NCBI RefSeq assembly: GCF_037447015.1
Contig: NZ_JBBIHK010000005.1
Span: 15,437 to 79,436 of the forward strand
Reading direction: 5' to 3'
Source of the DNA: Nitrososphaera sp.
Lineage (GTDB): Archaea; Thermoproteota; Nitrososphaeria; Nitrososphaerales; Nitrososphaeraceae
Length of the DNA: 64,000 nt
Below, in pieces: positions 52,856 through 61,605 of the stretch. The notes beneath the pieces were generated by a model. That model saw only the letters and a list, made by a program, of their open reading frames with translations. It did not search any database and was not told the DNA's origin. Made by a program: the position numbers and the translations under genes. Within the stretch, counting starts at the first letter, position 1; each line of letters starts with the position of its first letter.

Positions 52856-54469
52856 ATGTTTTATGTGGCGATCGGCATCCTTGCCATTGTCGCGGTTTCG
52901 ATCACTTTGATCCCGAGGGGCTCGCCAGGGCTACAGTCTGGAAGCCCCTTTGGAAACTTGGGAAACTCTGAAAACCCCGCCGTAGACAACTCGAAGGAGC
53001 AGTCGATAAAGGCGTTCAAGGAAAGGTTCTGCGGCGACGGCAGGGCAAACTCCAATTCATACGTGACAGAGCTCGTGCTGCCGTCAGAGTGCGAGCTGCC
53101 GCTTGGCATTACCGTTGGCGACGGCAGGGTGTGGTACGTGTCCACCAAGCACGGCACCCTTGGCAGCTACAACCTGTCTGACAAAAAGTTTGAAGAGTAT
53201 CTGATACCGGCGTGGCCGGCGCGCTCTGACCCGACGGACTTTAACATGGCCTGGGCGGCCAAGGCGGACGGCAGGGGCAACGTCTGGTTCACAGACGACA
53301 GGCAGGGGCTGCTCTGGCGCTTCAACATCGCCAACGGCACCTTTGACTCTTTCAAGTCCCCTGCCAGCAATCCCATCTCGTTTGACTTTGACGCCGACGG
53401 CAACGTGTACCTGGTCGGCGTGAGGAGCAAGGCACTCTACTTTGCAGAAGTATCCAAGATGCAGCCGGGCACCTCTGACGGCTTTACAGAGATCAAGCTG
53501 CCTCTTGACGCCTTTGCAAACATTGAACAGTCGCGCGTAAGCTCTGGCTCTGTCGCAGTAGACAGGGAGCGCGACGCGGTGTGGACGACGGTCCTTGCGT
53601 TCCAGCAAAAGGGCCAGGTGTTCAGGTACGACGTCGCAACCAAAGACATCAGGGTGTTCGACCTGCCGCAGGAGCTCAACTCGCCGGTGGGCACCACGGT
53701 GGACGCAGGCGGCAACCTGTGGGTCACCGACCACGGCACAAACATCTTTTTCAAGGTGGACGCCGGCGATGGCTCGATGACGAGGTACGTGACCTCCATC
53801 GCGTCGCCAAGGATCTATGGAGGCGAATCGACCCCGCCAAACGCCTACACCCTTCCCTACTGGATAGGCCTGGACTCGCAGGGCAACATCTGGTTCAACC
53901 AGCACACCGGCAACAAGATAAGCAGGTTCGACCCGTCCACAGAGACCACCACAGAGTACTGGGTGCCCACCCAGAACGAGCTGTGGGCCAACTGCCCAGA
54001 AGGCGCCCAGATCTGCGGCCTTGCAAATGTGCTGCAGATGTCGGTGGCGCCGGACGGCGGCAGAGTCTGGTTTACAGAGTGGAGCGAGAACAAGATAGGC
54101 TATGTCGACGCAGGCAGGCAGGTGCCGTTCTCCGTGGCCGCTCCCCAGGACGAGATAACCGTGAAAAGGGGAGACAGCGCCGAGATAAAGCTCGACGTCA
54201 GCTCTTCTTCTTCGTCCAACGGCGCAGGCAGCTCGCCGTCGGCGGCAAGGATGATCGCTTCAAGCAACATCACCCCCACCGGCGGCCTCGGAGACTCGAC
54301 AGGCATATTCAGCCAGCAGTCAGTCGAGCTCCCGGCAGGCGGATCCAGGCAGGTGTCGTACGTCTTTACCCCGGCAGCAAGCCTCCCGGCAGGCCAGTAC
54401 ATACTGATGCTTGGCGCCGAGAACGACGAGGTGTCGGTGCTAAAGGCAGTCAGGGTCAACGTGGTATAA
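52856..54469 (+). CDS. secreted/anchored beta-propeller repeat protein (NHL / virginiamycin-B-lyase-like)
   Basis: Anchor MFYVAIGILAIVAVSITLI. Repeated blades GRVWYVS, GNVWFTDD, GNVYLVG, GNLWVTDHG, GNIWFNQH, GRVWFTEW. ATG at 52856 was chosen. Confidence 0.8.
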   Translation: MFYVAIGILAIVAVSITLIPRGSPGLQSGSPFGNLGNSENPAVDNSKEQSIKAFKERFCGDGRANSNSYVTELVLPSECELPLGITVGDGRVWYVSTKHGTLGSYNLSDKKFEEYLIPAWPARSDPTDFNMAWAAKADGRGNVWFTDDRQGLLWRFNIANGTFDSFKSPASNPISFDFDADGNVYLVGVRSKALYFAEVSKMQPGTSDGFTEIKLPLDAFANIEQSRVSSGSVAVDRERDAVWTTVLAFQQKGQVFRYDVATKDIRVFDLPQELNSPVGTTVDAGGNLWVTDHGTNIFFKVDAGDGSMTRYVTSIASPRIYGGESTPPNAYTLPYWIGLDSQGNIWFNQHTGNKISRFDPSTETTTEYWVPTQNELWANCPEGAQICGLANVLQMSVAPDGGRVWFTEWSENKIGYVDAGRQVPFSVAAPQDEITVKRGDSAEIKLDVSSSSSSNGAGSSPSAARMIASSNITPTGGLGDSTGIFSQQSVELPAGGSRQVSYVFTPAASLPAGQYILMLGAENDEVSVLKAVRVNVV

Positions 54470-54497
54470 ATACGGCCGGCGCCCACCATTTTCCGAG

Positions 54498-54803
54498 ATG
54501 TCTGGCGGCGACGGCGGCGATGATGATGATGACAACAGAGATAGCAGTGGCCTGGTCGTCATCAACCAAAACCCCGGCGAATACCCGATCTCTATAAACG
54601 AAGAGGGCATCAAGATCAACAAGGACAGGATGGAGCAGGAAAAGCTGTACTACTGCTTTTACGAAGACAAGGCATACCTTTTCTTCAAGGACGACTTTGA
54701 GTCGCTCAACTGCTATGAAATAGAGGATCCTGCCGTGGTGGCAGAGGTAAAGGCTGACCCCGCCAAAATGGAACAGGTCCTCAAAAGGCGCGCAGGCATG
54801 TAA
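54498..54803 (+). CDS. hypothetical protein with acidic N-terminus
   Basis: 101-aa ORF. The non-repetitive C-terminal two thirds read LYYCFYEDKAYLFFKDDFESLNCYEIEDPAVV. Confidence 0.5.
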   Translation: MSGGDGGDDDDDNRDSSGLVVINQNPGEYPISINEEGIKINKDRMEQEKLYYCFYEDKAYLFFKDDFESLNCYEIEDPAVVAEVKADPAKMEQVLKRRAGM

Positions 54804-54840
54804 TCATCAAAAAGTCGCAGAGGCAAAAGCGCGCTCTCGC

Positions 54841-55044
54841 TCAGGTACTGCCAGCGTTTTCACCGCTTGCCGGCGAACTGCTGCGCCTGGACTGTTTGCA
54901 CATCCACTCAAGGAGGTCTGCCAGCTCTTCCAGATCCTTTTGGGGCAACTGCAATTTCTGAAGCTCGCCAATGTCGGCCCCCAGCCTCTCCAGCTGCTCG
55001 TACAGCAGGCGTTCCCTGTCAATCTCGCTAAATTTTGACCCCAT
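54841..55044 (-). CDS. small hypothetical protein
   Basis: MGSKFSEIDRERLLYEQLERLGADIGELQKLQLPQKDLEELADLLEWMCK is helical and charged. The track ORF was trimmed to the ATG at 55044. Confidence 0.45.
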   Translation of the reverse strand: MGSKFSEIDRERLLYEQLERLGADIGELQKLQLPQKDLEELADLLEWMCKQSRRSSSPASGENAGST

Positions 55045-55447
55045 TGTATCTCCCCTATTCATTTTTCTCCACATACACACGCACAGATGCACGATCACCA
55101 TCTTGCGGATCCACCCCCTCCCTCCTTCCATCCACATCCTTCTTTCCTGCCATGCAGCACGCAGGTGAACCTTTTTTCTGGAAGGAAGGAGGGCATAGGA
55201 TCACGCTGACTTGGGCATATGCAACAGTTTTTCCCATAAACCGGAGTATAAACAGGCGGGGTACAATGTGTACAACCGCTGCGGAAACTGACGGTATGCT
55301 CCAAAAAATGCTAATGGAATTCCAGTCTTCTAAAATAGAAGCTGATTATAGATACGAATTTAACTGTTATGATAGTATCTAGTCATATTCTACAAAAGAT
55401 AATAACACGGTCTAAATGCCGATACAAGAGGCTGAATATAATAATAT

Positions 55448-55981
55448 ATGAAAGAGTCGACGGAGGCTGCGACGTTCCGCTTTGACAGAGCTATCCTTGA
55501 GCAGCTAAAGCTGGAAGCGCGGCACAAGCAGATCAGCCTCAACACGCTGCTGAACCAGATAGTCAGGGCGCATTTGGAATGGCACTCCAACGCGGCCAGG
55601 GCAGGATTTGTCCCGGTGCGCAAGACCGTGATCACCAAACTGTTTGACTCGCTCACCCCCGAGCAGATAGACGTGTTGGCCCGCAACGGTGCGCGCGGCC
55701 TGGCCGACGAGACCCTCCTGATAATGTCCAAGAAACGCTCAGGAGCGTCGATCCTTGAAGTCACGGAGAGGTGGATACGGGTCGCAGGATTTAGCTACCA
55801 CCACGAAGTGGGCCCGGACAATAACAACAACCACATGTACGTGATACAGCACAACATGGGCAGGAACTGGTCCTACTACTTGGCCAGGCTTTTTGAGGAA
55901 GCCACGTCGGAATTTGTTGCCGCAAGGCCAGACGTTGAGGCCACCGAGAACGCGCTCTATATCACAGTCGCCTTCAAGTGA
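55448..55981 (+). CDS. ribbon-helix-helix (CopG/Arc-like) protein with uncharacterised C-terminal domain
   Basis: N-terminus TFRFDRAILEQLKLEARHKQISLNTLLNQIVRAHLEW fits a beta-strand plus two helices RHH pattern. 177 aa in total. Confidence 0.6.
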   Translation: MKESTEAATFRFDRAILEQLKLEARHKQISLNTLLNQIVRAHLEWHSNAARAGFVPVRKTVITKLFDSLTPEQIDVLARNGARGLADETLLIMSKKRSGASILEVTERWIRVAGFSYHHEVGPDNNNNHMYVIQHNMGRNWSYYLARLFEEATSEFVAARPDVEATENALYITVAFK

Positions 55982-56125
55982 TGCAAGAGTAGGGAAAGCA
56001 ATTCATTTGCAGGGATTTCTGGTGCGGCTGCGAGTGCAGGCATTGTGCTTGCAAGAAGCATGGATCAATCGTCTACGCCATTGCCAACAAACATTATATT
56101 CTACTGTGCTCAATAGACTGCACCA

Positions 56126-56455
56126 TTGTCTACCAGCAGTACCAACAACAACAGCAGCACAGGCGCGCCAAGGCCAGGCAAGGCTAGCAACGAAATATTC
56201 ATCGGCAAAAAACCACTCATGACCTACGTCACGGCAACATTGGTCCAGCTGGCAAACGAACCGACCGTCCTGATAAAGGCAAGGGGCAAGAGCATCACAC
56301 GCGCAGTAGATGTGGCCCAGATCATTGTAAAGAGGATGGACACCATAGGCTACAAGATAGGCCCGATCAAGCTAGGCTCGGAGCAGGTGACGTCCGAAGA
56401 CGGCAAGGTGCGCAACGTCTCCACCATCGAAGTCCCGATCTCACGGACCAAGTAA
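56126..56455 (+). CDS. albA: Alba (Sac10b) DNA/RNA-binding protein
   Basis: IFIGKKPLMTYVTATLVQL ... VLIKARGKSITRAVDVAQIIVKR ... VSTIEVPI is the Alba fold signature. The TTG start lies about 27 nt after the TTATATT box at 56093-56099. Confidence 0.85.
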   Translation: MSTSSTNNNSSTGAPRPGKASNEIFIGKKPLMTYVTATLVQLANEPTVLIKARGKSITRAVDVAQIIVKRMDTIGYKIGPIKLGSEQVTSEDGKVRNVSTIEVPISRTK

Positions 56456-57157
56456 CGGCAGCAGCTCTTTTGCCCCGTTCATGATCGACTGGACGCCATA
56501 GTAAGCCAGCGCGGCTGCAAGCCCGGCCAGCATCATGCGATAGTATTTTGACGACTGCAGCAGGCGATGGCCTCCCTTTGCCGCAAGGTAAGCAGTGGCG
56601 CCAAGCCACGCATAGTCCATCCAGACGTGCAGCGAAAACAGCAGCGCAACGCCTGCTGCAGGCGACGGCGGGCCAAACGCCGCCGAGTCGGAGATCAGCT
56701 TCAGGCCGGCCGTGAGCCACCAAGCAATGAAAAAGGGGTTGAACGCGGTGAGCACGGCCCCCACCCCGAATGGGCCCCGGCCTGCTGCTGCAGCAGGCCA
56801 GAAGCCCCCTTCTTTTGCCATGCTGCCACCGGTTTTTTTCAGCCTCCCTTCAGATGCCGCAGTCGCAATCTGGAGCGCGGCAAAGCCGAGCATGGCAGCC
56901 CCGCCGGCCAGCGCAATCATGCCCTTCAGGCTGGAGGCAAAGGCAGACGCGGTAAAGAGGCCGGCCGCAATGGCGATGATAACGGCCAGCTCTACGGCCG
57001 CGTGGCCGTGCGCCATCCTTATACCGGACAGCCTGCCACCCTTTGCCCCGTACAGTACGTTTGCCACAAACAGCGGCCCCGGCGCAAGGACGCCGGATGC
57101 AGAGACTGCCACCACTTCTGCTGCAAACTGCAACACGTCGCCTTCTGCCATAGGCAA
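56441..57157 (-). CDS. LysE/RhtB-family amino-acid exporter
   Basis: 238 aa with 6 TM helices. The N-terminal SGVLAPGPLFVANVLYG resembles the LysE-family PGP motif. Confidence 0.7.
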   Translation of the reverse strand: MPMAEGDVLQFAAEVVAVSASGVLAPGPLFVANVLYGAKGGRLSGIRMAHGHAAVELAVIIAIAAGLFTASAFASSLKGMIALAGGAAMLGFAALQIATAASEGRLKKTGGSMAKEGGFWPAAAAGRGPFGVGAVLTAFNPFFIAWWLTAGLKLISDSAAFGPPSPAAGVALLFSLHVWMDYAWLGATAYLAAKGGHRLLQSSKYYRMMLAGLAAALAYYGVQSIMNGAKELLPLLGP

Positions 57158-57270
57158 GATATGGGCACTTTTGCCCGGCTATTAAAAACATGTACATGCA
57201 CACATGCTACAGGCACACATAACGCAGAAATACTGCCGGCCCGGCAACAACAGCAGGCGCACAAAAAAAG

Positions 57271-58353
57271 ATGGTACAGGTAGACACCATCCGCACGCTC
57301 AAGCTGCTTGGCAAGTGGGGCGCAAACCGCGCGGTGGGCAGGCGCAGGCCGGTGATAGCCGTTTTCAGCCTTACCCACTATTGCAACTTTTACTGCCCGA
57401 TGTGCCCGTTTGGAGACGCCGACAAGGAGGGCCAGATGGCGGCTGCGCGCAGGCGTGACCTTACAACCGAGCAGTGGAAGACGATTTTTGACAAGGTCGC
57501 AGGCCACTGCGTCTGGTCCATAGTCGAAGGCGGCGAGCCCACCAGCAGGCCGGACTTTATGGAACTGGTAAGATACCTGCACGGGATCAGGATGCCAGTC
57601 ACGCTCATCTCAAACTGCTCGCTCCTGCACACCATCGACCTTGACGAGCTGAAAAAATACATCCAGTTTGTCACGTGCAGCATCGACTCTGTGTTCCAGG
57701 AGCCTTACTGCCGCGTAAGGGGCGTAAACGAGCACATCTACAGGCGCGTCATGGAAAATCTGAATTTGCTGACAGAGCACAACGTTCCGCACTATTTCAA
57801 CTCGGTGATCACGAAATACAACACGCAAGAGTTCATAGACGGCTCGTATTTTGGCAGGGCAAAGGAGCTTGGCGCAAACGCGGTATCGTTCACGTTTGTC
57901 GAAGACAGGTCGGACGTGGACTATTCTCTGCTCCCTGCCAGAGAAGAAATGGCAAAGGTCTGTAGGAGCATCCTTGCGCACATCGAGTCAAAGAGGGAGC
58001 CGCAGGTTATGATACCGCCAGAGTATTTCCGGCAGATACTGGAGCACGGCAGGGGCGTCTTTGACGAGTGCGGCGTGTGGAAGAGCGTCTTTGTCAACGG
58101 CGACGGGACGGTGATGGTGCCATGCTGGAAGTTCAACAGCCCGCAGAACACGTACAGCCTCCTTGAAAAGAGCGTGGACGAGATATGGGAGGCGCCGCAG
58201 TGGGACATTGCCCGCACGTGCCACGACTGCGAAGTGCTGGGCTGCATCTGGTACTCGTCGCAGCCGGTATCCACTTTTGCCAAAAACTACATGCGCGGCC
58301 TGGGCAAGATGATAAGCCAGAAGAACCCGGAGCTGGCAGAAGCAGTCCCCTAG
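57271..58353 (+). CDS. radical SAM protein with Cys-rich (SPASM-like) C-terminus
   Basis: CNFYCPMC is the CxxxCxxC motif. The C-terminal region carries additional Cys residues (DECGVWKS...VPCWKF...CHDCEVLGC). Confidence 0.8.
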   Translation: MVQVDTIRTLKLLGKWGANRAVGRRRPVIAVFSLTHYCNFYCPMCPFGDADKEGQMAAARRRDLTTEQWKTIFDKVAGHCVWSIVEGGEPTSRPDFMELVRYLHGIRMPVTLISNCSLLHTIDLDELKKYIQFVTCSIDSVFQEPYCRVRGVNEHIYRRVMENLNLLTEHNVPHYFNSVITKYNTQEFIDGSYFGRAKELGANAVSFTFVEDRSDVDYSLLPAREEMAKVCRSILAHIESKREPQVMIPPEYFRQILEHGRGVFDECGVWKSVFVNGDGTVMVPCWKFNSPQNTYSLLEKSVDEIWEAPQWDIARTCHDCEVLGCIWYSSQPVSTFAKNYMRGLGKMISQKNPELAEAVP

Positions 58354-58408
58354 CCGGCAAAAAACAACTGACAACCCTTATAACTTCATCCCGGGCCTTT
58401 TCCCTTGC

Positions 58409-59590
58409 TTGCCCTTAAAGGTCTACGACACGCGCTCGGGCAAAAAGATCGCGCTCCTGCCCCAAGATGAAAAGAGATCGATCAGGATGTTCCTCTGCGG
58501 CCCGACAGTCTACGACTATTCCCATGCAGGCCACGCTCGCATGGTGCTTGCGTACGACGTGATGGCAAGGCACCTGCGCGCAAGCGGAGCAAAGGTGAGC
58601 GCAGTGGTAAACATCACCGACATCGACCCGAAAATATTTGCAAGGGCGCGGCAGGAAGGCGTGAGCGCAGGCGAACTGGCAGGCAGGTTCATCAAGGAGC
58701 TGCAGCATGACATGGCCGCGCTTGGCGTAGACGGCTTTGCATGGGCCCGCGTCTCTGACCACGTCGGCACGGCGCAGGAGGCAATCAAGCGCCTGCTGCA
58801 AAAGGGAGCAGCGTACGGCGCGGCAGGGAACGTCTACCTCGATGTCACAGGCACGGGCTTTGGCGGACTTGCCGGGATGTCAGGAAAAGAGATAGAGGAC
58901 AGCCGGCTCGACATATCCGAAGGCAAGAGGTCGCCATCAGACATACTGCTCTGGAACGGGGTGGAGCATTTCGACGTTTCCTTTGACGACAGCGTCCTTG
59001 GGAGCGGCATACCGTGGTGGCACATGCAGGACACGTCGGTCGCCATCGCAAATTTTGGAGGCAGGTACGACTTGCACGGCGGCGCAAGCGAGCTGGTGTA
59101 CCCGCACCACGAATCGCACAGGGCCCAGCTGCGTGCTATTGCGGCAGAAGACAGACAACGGGAGGAGCCTGTCAGGGTGTGGACGCACACGGGGCTGGTT
59201 TACGCAAAGGGCGGCGAAAAGATGAGCAAGTCGCTTGGCAACGTGGTGAGGATACGCGACCTGCTTGCAAGGCACGGTGCAAACGCAGTCAGGCTATACC
59301 TGCTGTCAAAGCACTACAGGAAGAGGTTTGACTTTGACGAGAGCAAGATAGCAGAATTTGAAGAGCTGAGTGCCAAGATCGCCGGTGCGCTTGCCGGCAG
59401 CGATGGCAATGAGAAAAACAAGCATGTAGGACGGCGGCGTTCCCATTTTCTAAAAGATTTCATGCGGCAGCTTGACGACGACCTTGACACGCCGGGTGCC
59501 ATCAGGGTGATGGAAAAAGCACTCGGTCAAAGGCCGCCAGGAAGAAAAGAACTGGCGGCGATGGTGAAGGTTCTTGGCCTCAGATACTGA
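58409..59590 (+). CDS. cysteinyl-tRNA-synthetase-like class I ligase, short form (MshC-like?)
   Basis: 393 aa. CGPTVYDYSHAGHAR (HIGH), KMSKSLGN (KMSKS) and DDDLDTPGA are present. The protein ends soon after this, without the C-terminal anticodon-binding extension of E. coli-type CysRS. TTG start. Confidence 0.8.
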   Translation: MPLKVYDTRSGKKIALLPQDEKRSIRMFLCGPTVYDYSHAGHARMVLAYDVMARHLRASGAKVSAVVNITDIDPKIFARARQEGVSAGELAGRFIKELQHDMAALGVDGFAWARVSDHVGTAQEAIKRLLQKGAAYGAAGNVYLDVTGTGFGGLAGMSGKEIEDSRLDISEGKRSPSDILLWNGVEHFDVSFDDSVLGSGIPWWHMQDTSVAIANFGGRYDLHGGASELVYPHHESHRAQLRAIAAEDRQREEPVRVWTHTGLVYAKGGEKMSKSLGNVVRIRDLLARHGANAVRLYLLSKHYRKRFDFDESKIAEFEELSAKIAGALAGSDGNEKNKHVGRRRSHFLKDFMRQLDDDLDTPGAIRVMEKALGQRPPGRKELAAMVKVLGLRY

Positions 59591-59603
59591 AGAGAAAGAG
59601 AGG

Positions 59604-60380
59604 ATGGAAGGCAACGAATGGTCCTTCTGCGAGATGTGGGCTGCAGAAAAACATGATTTCGGCGGCTCGAGGGCGCTCCTCAACGCCAAGCTGGCAGGCG
59701 ACTATTTCTTTAACAGGGCGCATGTGAGCGACGCAAAGGACGTCGACAAAATCGCGCGGCTTTTCTGGGAAAAGGGGATGGATTGCTACCTCTACTACCA
59801 CCACGATGATGATGACGACGACAGGCCACCGGCTCTGCAGAGATTTCCTGTTGCAGACAGGATGTTTGTGCTAAAGTCGGTCGAAGGCATCGGCAGCGCG
59901 CCGGGGCAGGCTGAAAACAACGACGGTGGTAGTGGTGGCAGCAATCCACTACTACGCGTTGTTGCAGACGGCGACGTTGACACATGGATCGAAGTATTTA
60001 CAGAATCGTTTGACGCTGCAGACTGGCGGCAGGAAGTGGCAAGGATAATGACTGTGGCGATGGCAAGAGCAGGCACCACCGCGGCTGCCAGGCTTGACCT
60101 CCTGACCTGCTACGCCGGCTCAGAGCCGGCGGGGTGCGGCGCCCTGTTTTTCAAGAATGGCCTTGCAGGGTTGTACTGCCTGGGCACCATCCCGCGCTTT
60201 AGGAGGAGGGGCGTCGCCGGCGCGATATTGAGCGCGGCGCGGCAAAGGTCAGGTGCCCACCATCTCCTTTTCCTGCAGACGCTTGAATCCTACAACCTGC
60301 TTGACTATTACAAAAAGGCAGGGTTTCAGGTCGCGTACCAGAAGACGATATACAGGCTTGAACAGCCCCAGTCCAACTAA
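59604..60380 (+). CDS. GNAT-family N-acetyltransferase
   Basis: The C-terminal half has the acetyl-CoA motif PRFRRRGVAGAILSAA. The N-terminal half is degenerate and contains an Asp run. Confidence 0.75.
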   Translation: MEGNEWSFCEMWAAEKHDFGGSRALLNAKLAGDYFFNRAHVSDAKDVDKIARLFWEKGMDCYLYYHHDDDDDDRPPALQRFPVADRMFVLKSVEGIGSAPGQAENNDGGSGGSNPLLRVVADGDVDTWIEVFTESFDAADWRQEVARIMTVAMARAGTTAAARLDLLTCYAGSEPAGCGALFFKNGLAGLYCLGTIPRFRRRGVAGAILSAARQRSGAHHLLFLQTLESYNLLDYYKKAGFQVAYQKTIYRLEQPQSN

Positions 60381-60413
60381 CAATTATTAAGCAGGTTTTG
60401 ATGCAAAGAGGTA

Positions 60414-61502
60414 ATGCGTAGAAAGGTCAAGGTTGCCATTGCCGGAGTCGGCAACTGTGCTTCTGCCCTGGTGCAAGGAACGCGCTATTACCGCGAGAAC
60501 CCCGACGCGAAAAAGGCCGACAAGGACTGGATAGGCCTGACTGCCTACAACCTGGGCGGCCTCGAGCCGTCGGACATCGAGTTCGTCGCGGCCTTTGACG
60601 TGAACGCCAAAAAGGTGGGCAAGGACCTTTCAGAGGCCATATTTGAAAAGCCAAACAACACGGTCAGGGTAATCAAGGAAATGGACACCACCGGCGTCAA
60701 GGTCATGAAAGGCGAGGTGCACGACGGCATCGGCCGCCACCTGGCGCAAAAGATCAAGATTGCAGACGGCCCCGCCGTGAACGTGGTGCAGGTCTTGAAA
60801 GACACTGGCGCCGAGATGCTCCTCAACTACCTGCCGGTCGGGAGCAGGCGCGGCACGCAGTATTACGCAGAGGCGTGCCTCGACGCAGGCTGCGCGTTTG
60901 TCAACGCCATCCCAGTATTCATAGCCTCGACGCCCAAGTGGCAGCAGGCGTTTGCCGGCAGGGGACTGGCGTGCGCCGGCGACGACGTTATGAGCCAGCT
61001 TGGAGCCACAGTCGTCCACAAGACCCTTGTGAAACTGTTTGTCGATAGAGGCGTCAAGGTGAACGAGACGTACCAGCTGAACATCGGGGGCGACATGGAC
61101 TTTTACAACATGCTCGACGAGGAGCGCCTTGAGGACAAGCGCATAAGCAAGACGTCTGCCGTGGCGGCGATGGCCCCGTACGAGGTGCCCATGAGGATAG
61201 GGCCTTCAGACTATGTCGAGTTCCTGGAAAACGACAAGGTCTGCTACATCTCGATAAAAGGCCAGTATTTCGGCGGCATACCGGTAGAACTGGACTTGAA
61301 GTTAAAGGTGGTGGACGCGTACAACAGCGCAGGGGTCATGATAGACGCGGCCAGGTGCGCCAAGATAGCCATCGAAAGAGGGGTTTCAGGCCCGCTCGAG
61401 AGCATTTCCGCATACTGCTTCAAGCACCCGCCTGTCCAGATGCCCTACTCGGTGGCAAAGGCCAACTTTTTAGAGTTTGTTGAGGGCAAGCGCGAGCGCT
61501 AG
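60414..61502 (+). CDS. ino1: myo-inositol-1-phosphate synthase (archaeal/bacterial short type)
   Basis: KVKVAIAGVGNCASALVQG (NAD site), then LPVGS and GDDVMSQLGATVVHKTLV, with the SKTS region typical of MIPS. Confidence 0.9.
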   Translation: MRRKVKVAIAGVGNCASALVQGTRYYRENPDAKKADKDWIGLTAYNLGGLEPSDIEFVAAFDVNAKKVGKDLSEAIFEKPNNTVRVIKEMDTTGVKVMKGEVHDGIGRHLAQKIKIADGPAVNVVQVLKDTGAEMLLNYLPVGSRRGTQYYAEACLDAGCAFVNAIPVFIASTPKWQQAFAGRGLACAGDDVMSQLGATVVHKTLVKLFVDRGVKVNETYQLNIGGDMDFYNMLDEERLEDKRISKTSAVAAMAPYEVPMRIGPSDYVEFLENDKVCYISIKGQYFGGIPVELDLKLKVVDAYNSAGVMIDAARCAKIAIERGVSGPLESISAYCFKHPPVQMPYSVAKANFLEFVEGKRER

Positions 61503-61605
61503 CCTATAGAGACAGATGATAAAAAATAGTTCGCCAAAAGGTGACGGAATCCGGCGCTAGTACACATAATTAGCCCTGCGTCGATTCTCAAGCCAGAACC
61601 GCCCC

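Noticed and set aside
57161-57283. 40-aa Cys/Thr-rich ORF (MGTFARLLKTCTCTHATGTHNAEILPARQQQQAHKKRWYR) overlapping the start of the radical SAM/SPASM gene, considered as a RiPP precursor
   Set aside because: Its ATG lies only 4 nt from the divergent LysE start and upstream of the only good TATA box (57178-57190), so it probably cannot be transcribed as a plus-strand mRNA. The CTCTH string comes from a CATG/CACA-repetitive promoter sequence. It is worth a glance only if TSS data say otherwise.
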